Assembly (NCBI GenBank): GCA_964036045.1 | Contig: OZ038378.1 | Coordinates: 146,320,001-146,384,000 of the forward strand | Origin: Eutreptiella sp. 'Long Island Sound 2002' | Lineage: Eukaryota > Protista > Euglenida | Length of the DNA: 64,000 bases | Direction: 5' to 3' | Shown: positions 41,301 to 49,560 of the stretch, in pieces | Position numbering within the stretch: the stretch's first letter is position 1 | Layout: each line of letters starts with the position of its first letter | Position numbers and translations under genes: made by a program | The notes under the pieces: generated by a model | Told to the model about the DNA's origin: nothing | The model's input: the letters and a program-made list of their open reading frames with translations, nothing else | The model's database searches: none

Positions 41301-42983
41301 ATCCGAAAAGGCCTTGTAGACGGAAACCTGTACTCCATCAATTCCGGGTGCCGAGGTGCCGTTCAAGGACTCCAGCGCGGCGTGCACTAGGTCCAGTGAC
41401 AGCGGTTGTATCAGCATTTTTGCCATCAATGCTGTGTTTTTGCCACGGAAAAATGTTTTGAGATAAGACGTCACTTCCATTTGTGATTTTCCGGAGGGAT
41501 TCATTGTTTGTTGCCAATAGGAGACAATTTCAGAGACCATGGACTCAGGGTCGGGCAGAAGCTGGCCGGACCTATTGCGCAAAGAGTATAGTTTTCGTTT
41601 GAATTGTAGTTGTTTGGTGAGTCGCCAGATTTCTTGGCGGCGGCGCCATGGTTGCAAATGATGTGGGTCGTGTAGGGTAGTTTTTAGCTTATCCAGAACC
41701 TGCTGCCCTGAACGGTCGGTGTCTGACCGTTCGGCCAGGGCTGTTAAAATTTGATAAGCCGCTTTGGCGGATGAGGGGGTGTACCCATGAACCTTGAGGT
41801 AGCGCCAGGCCTCTTCCGAGAGGTGATGTGTAGAAGAGACCATCAAAAGAGATTGCAGTTCCGTGATGCCTGTGGCTCTGTTGGCCTTCTCATAGGAGAA
41901 AGCTGCAGTTTTGATACATTCCAAACCGTCCGCCCACTTGGAGTAACCTTCAGTGTTGATGGAGTGCAGTTCAGCCTGTAGTTGTTGGAGGGTGTCCTCC
42001 GAGGATAAGAAAGTTGTAGGGATTCTGAGTCGCTTCCCTTGCTTGGTAGGCTTGGCCGACAGTGAGGCAATAACTGCCTTGTGGTCCGAATTGGCCACAA
42101 AACGGGTATAGCACTCTACCACGGAGTTTTGGAAATTCTCGTGAAGGAGAATTCTATCGATCCGTCGTCTCCTGTCAAGGACGGGGGCGCACTCGTTTGC
42201 GGCTAGGTCGGGCCTAGCCGACGTAGTCGGCTTGGCCGGGGCAAAGCCCCATGTCCAGCCTTCCAAATCAAAATCGGAGTGTCTGCCACGGTGGAAACAT
42301 GCATATGTGTCGATGAGCTGATGGTTCGTCAGAAAATCAAGTTCCGCTTCACGGGCGGCGATGACAGTGGAGTGCTCAGAAGATAGATGCGGTGCAGAAA
42401 TGTCCCTTGAGGGGACTGTGACCGAATTGTGGTTGGACAGATAGATGGTGTCTCCCGGGACGAGAGTGGGCGAGACTTGCGAGAGCAAGGTCCATTGGCG
42501 CTGCCTTTCGGCTGCGTCATGATGAAAATGATAAACACAGAAATGATGCTTGACCCCATCGGGGTCAGCCAGCTGAGCAAAAAGGTGGCGTTTTTCAATG
42601 GCATACGAATTCAGGAGTGTCCAAGTGTTGTGAAAAATCAATGCAGATCCCCCTCTACCTTTGGGGCTCAGGTTGGAAAGGAGGACGAACCCCCAGTCCT
42701 TGAAACGTTCAGTAAGCTGTTCCAGGCATTGATCGTCCTTGATGTGCGCTTCCTGAAGTCCCATTACATGTACGGAGTTACGATACAAAAAACGGCATAT
42801 CTGGACCTGCCTATCTTCCGAAAAGATGTCGCTGACGGGGACCTTGGTGGTCAGCCCGTTGGCGTTAAAAGTGGCTACCTTAGTGTGAGCTGCGGCATAA
42901 ACCACTGGCTGTTGGTTGTCTCCTGTCGGACGTCCAACCGCTGGTGGTTGGTGGTGTGCTGGTTTTTGTGAGTGTGACGACAT
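38361..42983 (-). CDS. LINE ORF2: AP endonuclease, reverse transcriptase, CCHC zinc finger, RNase H (~1540 codons, one premature TAA at 40074-40076)
   Basis: APE: ATFNANGL, GLQEAH, IDRIL, SDHKAV. RT: SAPGIDG, LRPLVL, DFKKAFDSV, GVRQGCPFSP, YADDL, YKYLG. Zinc finger: CPIDGELETIDHARTEC. RNase H: FTDGS, TNNTAEL, TDSEYV, KVPSH..GNNEAD. ORFs 40074-42983 and 38361-40034 are in frame (gag TAA ggc ata aat ... caa ATG). Confidence 0.92.
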
Positions 42984-42996
42984 AAGGTCATGTTGG

Positions 42997-43180
42997 CTAC
43001 TTCACAGTTTGTGCGTAAGAGGGCTTCTTGGACTCAGCAGAAGCTGGTTTTTTCCTGTTGGCCATGGATTCACGCTTGAGATTATTAAACTCATCTATGG
43101 GGATGATGGAAATAGAAATTTGTTTCGCTTCGTCATGAAGCATGACGCTTTGGTTTGCGGAGGCAAATTTGCCTTTTATT
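42997..43180 (-). CDS. 3' part of LINE ORF1, distal to the YR insertion
   Basis: IKGKFASANQSVMLHDEAKQ...SYAQTVK*; joins in frame to ...STAAWR at 49561 once 43181-49560 is removed. Confidence 0.85.
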
Positions 43181-43542
43181 TTGCTAAAACCACAAGCAAA
43201 CACGCAAACACGAGGCAAAACACGCACGTCTCCTGTGGCACATCTCGTCAGTGTGCCGCCTCCTCGTGGGCAGTCACAAAAGCCCGGTATGGGCAATAGA
43301 AGTCGCAAATAGCGTCATTGGGTGGGACGGGTGGGCTGCTGGCAACAAGCAAAAATGCTCTACAAGTACAGAGCCTCACTGCACACACGCATGCGCACAC
43401 ACACACCACCCGACGAGCAAAACCAAAGCTCAGGCACGGCTGAGCTAAGATTTTGCTAAAACCACAAGCAAACACGCAAACACGAGGCAAAACACGCACG
43501 TCTCCTGTGGCACATCTCGTCAGTGTGCCGCCTCCTCGTGGG
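43178..43542. repeat. Right-end split direct repeats B2, 65-bp spacer, A2, B1
   Basis: Exact 93-bp and 117-bp duplications read directly from the sequence. Confidence 0.95.
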
Positions 43543-44287
43543 TCTCGTTCATGCCAAACTGCCGCATAACCCCCCCCCCCCCCCCCCCCCCCAGGTCTGA
43601 GACCCAGCGGCTCCCATGCGCAACGCACGCCACACCCTCGAAGTATACGGCCGCCCCAAACATAAATCGCCAAAGGCGCCCCGCACACACCGGCGCCACC
43701 CGCCAAGCTTCAGGCGTCCGCAGACCAAGCCCAAGAGAGCGTGGACGACCCCTGCCGCCGCCAATGAGGAAGCGGTAAATGTACAGCGACCGTCAGGCAC
43801 TGCCGCCCTGTCGCAGAGCTGCCCGGTCAGCCCAGGGCAGCACCCCTGAGATCCGCAGCAGATCTCAAAATGGCGGGCCAGCGCCCAACCCAGCTCCAAC
43901 CCTAAGAAAGCATGGACCCCGGACCCACAACAAAGTGGCAGTGGTGCAGGCCAAAGGACCAACGCCCGGCATATAACCACAAAATCAGCCCGCGACATCC
44001 ACGCAGGGCAGGGCCGCCTCTACAGACAATCGCCCGGAGGGCTCCCGCCTGCGCACACTGGACCTGCCAAAACGCAGATAGAATACGAGCCACACACAAC
44101 AACCAGAAAATTGGCGCAGCCACGGAAGCCAAAAAACGCCCACAAATGCGCGAGCAATGCCCGGGCGCAAAGCAGCCCGGCCATCCCAGGGTGGCACTCA
44201 GAGACCTGACACAGAACGCAAAGCAAAGGGTGAGCGCACACTCCCACCCCAGCCCCTCGGAGACCGGCTGACCACCCAAAAAACAGA

Positions 44288-44803
44288 CTACACCAACGGC
44301 CTGAAGTGGCCAGCTATTCTCACCACCAAGGGATAAGACCCCTGCACCCATAGATACGGGACGGGGGTACGACGACCCCCGTTCCAGTCCGTCAGCGACA
44401 CCACCACCCTCTGACCTCCCCTCGACCCCGTCACCACATCCCACATCCCCCCGCAAGTGTGTCTGCCCCCTGGCTTCACCCCGGGGTCCCCAACCGCGGT
44501 GGTGCGCCGCGTCGCCTGCCCCCGAACCCGCTTGGCGATGTCCATGGCCGCGGCACCCAGGAAGTCGTCCCTCTCCTTGGGATCTTCTGGCACGCCGTAC
44601 GCGACGTACAGCCGCACCCCATTCCGGAGGAGCACCCGGTGACAGGCCCTGCGGCCCACCAAGGCTCCCAACTTCTCCCGCAGCGCGGCGCGGCGCCGCG
44701 CCGCGCGCCGCTGAACGGCCTCCTCCGACCGCTTGCGCGAGCGGCTCTTGCCCCGCTTCCGCCCGCCGCTACGCGCACGGCGGTTACGGCGGCGCCGGGT
44801 CAT
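44288..44803 (-). CDS. Extra ORF of the YR element, 171 aa, Arg-rich N-terminus, unknown function
   Basis: MTRRRRNRRARSGGRKRGKSRSRKRS... followed by a normal-composition region; lies between the RT/RH stop and B1. Confidence 0.5.
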   Translation of the reverse strand: MTRRRRNRRARSGGRKRGKSRSRKRSEEAVQRRAARRRAALREKLGALVGRRACHRVLLRNGVRLYVAYGVPEDPKERDDFLGAAAMDIAKRVRGQATRRTTAVGDPGVKPGGRHTCGGMWDVVTGSRGGQRVVVSLTDWNGGRRTPVPYLWVQGSYPLVVRIAGHFRPLV

Positions 44804-44859
44804 GATCACATGCACCAAGAGAAACGAGTGCTACAAGCAGGCGACGGCACTACACGACC

Positions 44860-47800
44860 TCAAGTCATTGCACCCACCGACTCCTCCAAGCGGTACTGCA
44901 AAAAAACCTCGTGGAACTCCGCCCCCCCTTCACCACCCCCCGGGGACCACAGGCCCGCTCTCCACGAATGCGGCAGAACAAAGGGCCCCATTGGCACCCC
45001 CAGGGTCCACAAAAAAACCGTGCGCCTATCGGGAAAGGCCCAGAGATCCCCAACCCTGCGCGCCGCCACCTCGCGCGCCAAACCCAGATCTCCATTGAAG
45101 TTGTCACTCAACCTACTGATAGGATCAGCGGGATTATGTGAACCACGCACCCAGTGCATATATACCGTGAAGCCTGGGCACGACGCCCACAGGTAGCGGA
45201 AACGCTTCAGAATGGACTGCTGGAATTTACGCCCCACCTTGGCTTTACACCGTAGGAACTGCACTAGCGCCGCCGCATTATCCCCAAACAAATGGGCCTC
45301 CCGAACGCCTACATTGAGGATGAGCTTCAAGCCCCAGAGCAGCGCGGCAGCCTCCGCACACTGCTGGTTGGGCGGCTGCTCCGCGGGCACAACCGATCGA
45401 GAACCCACATCCATCGAAAACAGGCCCAGCCGGTATTCACCCGCGTCCAGCGCCGCGTCGACGTAAACAACCAACGGCGATCGCTTCACCACCCTGGGGA
45501 GGGACACCACTGACCATTGCCTCCTGGCAAGCACGCACGCCACGCACATAGACTTAAGCAAACGCACTGGGGTAAACGGCAGCCGGGGGGGCGCCCACAG
45601 CACATGAGCCCACACACCAGACAGGTGCGGACTGTGCCCAGAACCCGGGCGACATATCCACTGTGCCCGCCCCAAGAACTGCTGCAGCCGTTTCACCCTA
45701 CAGGGTCCCACAGACAACCTCAACCAATGCGCAAACAGAGCTTCCCACGCGTTGCCAGCAGTCCGCACCTCCCCCCCCTGCAAATCAATATCCTTCCCCA
45801 GCCACACCAGCCGCTGCACAGGCTCCAACGTACTCTTTGGGCTGACTACAGCACCTGCACGGCGCAACGCCTCCGCCGCCCTTGCCGTCTGCTCTCGCAC
45901 ACGCGCGCGTCCGCGCCCCACAACCAGGACATCATCCAAGTAAATTAAAACCAGCACCCCTAACAGCCCCGCGCCGGCCACCAGACCCTCTAACACTCGC
46001 TGGCACAGGAGGGGGCTGTACTTCCACCCAAAGGGCAAGCACCGGAAAGCCAACACCCCCCCCTCTCCATCCGAGACGCGAAAGGCACCCCAGAACTCGC
46101 GCGGCAGCTGAAGTGACCAAAAGCAATTACTCAGGTCGATGTGGCACATGCACAGCTCTCCCCCCCCCCCCCCCGGCAGGGACAGAATATCCCACACCGG
46201 CCTCATGCAACGCGCTCGGGCATAAAAAGAGGGGAGGAAAAAGGAGGACCCTTGCTGTGCCACCTGCGCCAAAAGGGCCAACACCTCCACAGAGGGGAGG
46301 GAGAACTTCTCCGGCCGAGACCGCATCTCCTCATTAAGGGGCACCAGATTGACAATCAAACTGCACTTCTCCTCCGTCTTGGGTATCGCAAAAACACCCC
46401 CATTGGGCCCAGGTGACCCCGGCGGCAGGGGGAAAAGCAAACCCTGGTCCCGTAACGCCCTCATCATGACCACCGCCTCATCCGACGGGGGAATTATCCC
46501 AGAAAACTGCCTGCCTACCAATTCTGCGAAGCCGTCCGGCACACAACTATCCCAGACCTCGCGGGGGATATCCACACGCCCCACCGGCCCCAAACCCCGC
46601 GCCAATACCTCCTCCCTGATACGCTGCATAAGCAATTTGGGCGACGTCGAATCATGCAAGAGCGACTCCCAAACCTCAGGGCTAAATGAGGACAAAGCCA
46701 CAGCCAAGACTCGCAGAAACTCCGGCTGTCTGAGATCACGGGCAGCTTCCCTGCCCCACTCCAGAAACTGCAACAGGCGACGCTCCAGTAAACCAGGCGG
46801 TGCGCGGGGCAGACAAGCCCGCAGGGAGCACAACCAGGCGTCCCACTCACCGGTCCGAAGGCGCTCCCGCACCCACTGACCCAGCTCCGACGCGACGGGA
46901 AATTGCCGTTCGGGCAGCCGCACCCACAATCCTGGCCGGGCCCGCGGCCTTCCGCTTGCCCAAGACGGACGCGACCTCACCCGTCCTGCGGGCCGCGATG
47001 CGCAGCCGCCTGATGGAGGAGCCTGCTGCGGAGGCGGGTGGGGGGTCTGCATCCACATCAATGACTTCCCCCCCCCCGTCCCCCCGCGGCCGGCGCCCGC
47101 GTCCTGAGGACCCCTCAACAGCCGTAAGGGCCGGAGGGGCCCCCGGGTCACGTGCGCCAGCCCGGTCCTCCCTCCCAGCAGCTCCCGCAGCGGCAGGACT
47201 CGCGGACTCTCCAGGGCACGATCCACCCCGACCTCCTGCCGACCCATCCCCGTCACCCCCCCATTGTGGGGGCTCATCGGCATCAGGGGCACAGAGCTCC
47301 AGGAGCTCCTTCGGGAAAACGTCCCGGAGGGACACGGCGCGCCAAACGAACTCTCCTGCATGGTTGTCAGGGGGCCAGGGGAGGACAGCCTCGGTCGTGA
47401 CGACGAAGTCGTCGGGCGCGTCGGCGTAGTGGACTGCCACCGTCTCCGAAAGCCACCGCCCCCACCAAGCCAGCCACTTGATGGGCAGCCCCAACCATCG
47501 CAGGGCCGCGGAGCCCCCTCGCCTCCATGCGTGCCACCTGGCGTGGGGGTTGTCGCTGCCCCCCAACGCGGAAGCCATGACCGACTGCATGAAAGCTGGT
47601 CCCTGCGGACAGAATTGCGCTCCGACGACAGCAGACGTGGCCCCCGTGGCATCGAGCCAGCCCAGCCACTGTTGGGCATACTTCCCGAGTCGCCTGCGCA
47701 CGATGCGCGGCGCCACCTTGACCGTGCGGAACGCCAATCCCCGACACCGGGATCCCCCCCGACGGAGGGGCGCGGCCTCACCCACCCGCAGAAGGCAGGT

Positions 47801-48339
47801 GAACGCCAGGACTGCCATCCCATAGACGGTCCACTGCGGTCGCTCCGTGCAAGCCAGCGCGAAGTTGCGGAGGTCGTCCAAACCTGCGTAGGGCCGTAGG
47901 GCCGGCTCCGTGGGCGCCCACTTGGCACAGCGCCAGACCCGGCGACTGACGAACGCGGGCAGCCATCCCATGTCCTCCAGCGCCCGGAACGCCGACACTG
48001 CGACCTTGAGGGAGCTTCCCGAGTACCCCAGTCCCCATAACTGGAAAATGTAGCGGCACGCCGCTCGTTCAAGCTCGGATGTGGGCGTGTAGCCCACCCA
48101 GAGGGCCATCTTGCGGAAGTGGGTACAATACGTACCCATGGTGCTTTTTGCCCAGGAGGATGCCTGCAGGGCGTCCACGGAGGTGATCTCATCCTCCTTC
48201 CATATCCGTCTCCACGCTGCCCACACCAGGCGCCAGACCACGTCCTCGCCATCCCGGAAGTCCGGCGGTCCGAGAACCACCAAGGCCTCCCGGGGCTCGG
48301 GAGGGATGGGCCGGATGGGGCAGCTTCCCCATCAGTCAA
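44860..48339 (-). CDS. DIRS-type reverse transcriptase + RNase H; N-terminal part of the frame overlaps YR
   Basis: VFAIPK..KCSLIVNL, HIDLSNCFW, FRCLPFGWKYSP, IYLDDVLV, KSTLEPVQRLVWLG; RNase H: YVDAA, CAEAAAL, GDNAAAL, HWVRGSHNPADPISR. Confidence 0.93.
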   Translation of the reverse strand: MTDGEAAPSGPSLPSPGRPWWFSDRRTSGMARTWSGAWCGQRGDGYGRRMRSPPWTPCRHPPGQKAPWVRIVPTSARWPSGWATRPHPSLNERRAATFSSYGDWGTREAPSRSQCRRSGRWRTWDGCPRSSVAGSGAVPSGRPRSRPYGPTQVWTTSATSRWLARSDRSGPSMGWQSWRSPAFCGWVRPRPSVGGDPGVGDWRSARSRWRRASCAGDSGSMPNSGWAGSMPRGPRLLSSERNSVRRDQLSCSRSWLPRWGAATTPTPGGTHGGEGAPRPCDGWGCPSSGWLGGGGGFRRRWQSTTPTRPTTSSSRPRLSSPGPLTTMQESSFGAPCPSGTFSRRSSWSSVPLMPMSPHNGGVTGMGRQEVGVDRALESPRVLPLRELLGGRTGLAHVTRGPLRPLRLLRGPQDAGAGRGGTGGGKSLMWMQTPHPPPQQAPPSGGCASRPAGRVRSRPSWASGRPRARPGLWVRLPERQFPVASELGQWVRERLRTGEWDAWLCSLRACLPRAPPGLLERRLLQFLEWGREAARDLRQPEFLRVLAVALSSFSPEVWESLLHDSTSPKLLMQRIREEVLARGLGPVGRVDIPREVWDSCVPDGFAELVGRQFSGIIPPSDEAVVMMRALRDQGLLFPLPPGSPGPNGGVFAIPKTEEKCSLIVNLVPLNEEMRSRPEKFSLPSVEVLALLAQVAQQGSSFFLPSFYARARCMRPVWDILSLPGGGGGELCMCHIDLSNCFWSLQLPREFWGAFRVSDGEGGVLAFRCLPFGWKYSPLLCQRVLEGLVAGAGLLGVLVLIYLDDVLVVGRGRARVREQTARAAEALRRAGAVVSPKSTLEPVQRLVWLGKDIDLQGGEVRTAGNAWEALFAHWLRLSVGPCRVKRLQQFLGRAQWICRPGSGHSPHLSGVWAHVLWAPPRLPFTPVRLLKSMCVACVLARRQWSVVSLPRVVKRSPLVVYVDAALDAGEYRLGLFSMDVGSRSVVPAEQPPNQQCAEAAALLWGLKLILNVGVREAHLFGDNAAALVQFLRCKAKVGRKFQQSILKRFRYLWASCPGFTVYMHWVRGSHNPADPISRLSDNFNGDLGLAREVAARRVGDLWAFPDRRTVFLWTLGVPMGPFVLPHSWRAGLWSPGGGEGGAEFHEVFLQYRLEESVGAMT
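46847..48283 (-). CDS. Tyrosine recombinase
   Basis: N-terminal SWAKSTMGTY..F..W; catalytic residues LLRVGE (R), RTVK (K), WHAWRRGG (HxxR), GRW, VAVHY (Y). Track start is TTG; first ATG at 48139. Confidence 0.92.
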   Translation of the reverse strand: MVVLGPPDFRDGEDVVWRLVWAAWRRIWKEDEITSVDALQASSWAKSTMGTYCTHFRKMALWVGYTPTSELERAACRYIFQLWGLGYSGSSLKVAVSAFRALEDMGWLPAFVSRRVWRCAKWAPTEPALRPYAGLDDLRNFALACTERPQWTVYGMAVLAFTCLLRVGEAAPLRRGGSRCRGLAFRTVKVAPRIVRRRLGKYAQQWLGWLDATGATSAVVGAQFCPQGPAFMQSVMASALGGSDNPHARWHAWRRGGSAALRWLGLPIKWLAWWGRWLSETVAVHYADAPDDFVVTTEAVLPWPPDNHAGEFVWRAVSLRDVFPKELLELCAPDADEPPQWGGDGDGSAGGRGGSCPGESASPAAAGAAGREDRAGARDPGAPPALTAVEGSSGRGRRPRGDGGGEVIDVDADPPPASAAGSSIRRLRIAARRTGEVASVLGKRKAAGPARIVGAAARTAISRRVGAGSVGAGAPSDR

Positions 48340-49381
48340 AGCCGGGGCACTCGTGAAACCAATGCCGTTTCACTCCCCTCCCAGCGTTCTTGCACGCCCG
48401 ACACGCTGTCACCGGGGCATTGGTGACGTCCATCGGCTCGGCACCCGGCTTGGCGGTGTACAGGCGGCGGCCCCCCTCAACGCGGAACTTACCCTTCATG
48501 GCTTGCAGCCGCCGCCCCACCACCTCCTCCTCCGCCGCTCCCGTACAACCAGCGGACAGCACAGGCACATCGGACGCATCCTCGGCCGCGTCCGACCCCT
48601 CGCCGACCTGTCCGGGGTCCAAGCCCTTCTTGCCCCTGTATGCCGACAGGCTAGTCACCGTGAACGTCCAGACCGCCTGGACAAAACTCCGAAGGCGCGT
48701 AAGTTCGTCATCATCCATGGACTCCAGCTGCCACACTTCCGTGTCCGCGGAGTCCGCGTCCACCACCGGCGCCAGCTCGTCCAGGATGGCGTCCGTGAAC
48801 TTTTCCTTGTCCTTGTACTTGGAGACGTATTCGTGTTGGGGCACCTCCCTGCGCCACAACAAGGTGGACAGCGCGAGAAGGCTGGCGAAGATCCACTGGG
48901 GCTTAGAATCCAACTCCCTCACCTTCACGATTTCCGCTTTACACAGCGGCGGGACCCTCGCCATTTTCCTCTTGGACTCCGCCTCGGCCTTGGCACTGAC
49001 CGCCTCCAACTGCTTGCGCAGGCCCTCCATCACAAGGGCCTGTCCTTGAACCAACTGCTTGAGCTCCTGAAGCTCTGGCGACACCGTCTGCGGCTGCTGG
49101 GGCGGTACCTCCACCTTGACAAAGCCCAGCGACGCCACATCCAGGTCGCACTGGGCCATGACGCAATACGAGGCGATCATCTTCACCAGCCCCACCTCCC
49201 CCAACTCTATTCCGTACCTGGCGACGAAACTAGCCTCCCACTCTGACCTGCGTTCAGGCAGCACCGACAGCTTCATCTCCACCTGCGAGGCAGCCCTGGC
49301 TATCTCCAGCATGGGAACGCTATCAATGAACTGGGAACAAATTGTTCCCTTCGCGAAGACGGCAAAATCGTCAACTGACAT
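48332..49381 (-). CDS. Gag-like protein with C-terminal zinc knuckle
   Basis: ~349 aa, coiled-coil-like centre, CRACKNAGRGVKRHWFHEC (CX2CX9HX4C); first ORF after A1. Confidence 0.8.
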   Translation of the reverse strand: MSVDDFAVFAKGTICSQFIDSVPMLEIARAASQVEMKLSVLPERRSEWEASFVARYGIELGEVGLVKMIASYCVMAQCDLDVASLGFVKVEVPPQQPQTVSPELQELKQLVQGQALVMEGLRKQLEAVSAKAEAESKRKMARVPPLCKAEIVKVRELDSKPQWIFASLLALSTLLWRREVPQHEYVSKYKDKEKFTDAILDELAPVVDADSADTEVWQLESMDDDELTRLRSFVQAVWTFTVTSLSAYRGKKGLDPGQVGEGSDAAEDASDVPVLSAGCTGAAEEEVVGRRLQAMKGKFRVEGGRRLYTAKPGAEPMDVTNAPVTACRACKNAGRGVKRHWFHECPGFD

Positions 49382-49443
49382 ATTCACAGACCGGGTCGTT
49401 CCAAAGTGTCACGGAGCAGGCTCTACGTGTGACCACCTATGGT

Positions 49444-49560
49444 CTGCTGGCAACAAGCAAAAATGCTCTACAAGTACAGAGCCTCACTGCACACACGCAT
49501 GCGCACACACACACCACCCGACGAGCAAAACCAAAGCTCAGGCACGGCTGAGCTAAGATT
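49444..49560. repeat. Left terminal repeat A1 of the YR element
   Basis: Identical to 43336-43452. Confidence 0.95.

Larger units (their letters stand above)
43178..49560 (-). mobile_element. Tyrosine-recombinase (DIRS-order) retrotransposon with split direct repeats and VIPER/TATE-like gag-YR-RT/RH order, ~6.38 kb
   Basis: A1 49444-49560 = A2 43336-43452 (117 bp, identical); B1 43450-43542 = B2 43178-43270 (93 bp, identical); order A1-ORFs-B1-A2-B2; shared ATT at both ends and at the B1/A2 junction. Confidence 0.93.

Noticed and set aside
44400-49250. Long plus-strand ORFs (e.g. 44459-45196, 46800-47429, 48119-49246)
   Set aside because: Antisense shadows of GC-rich gag/YR/RT coding sequence with no motifs.
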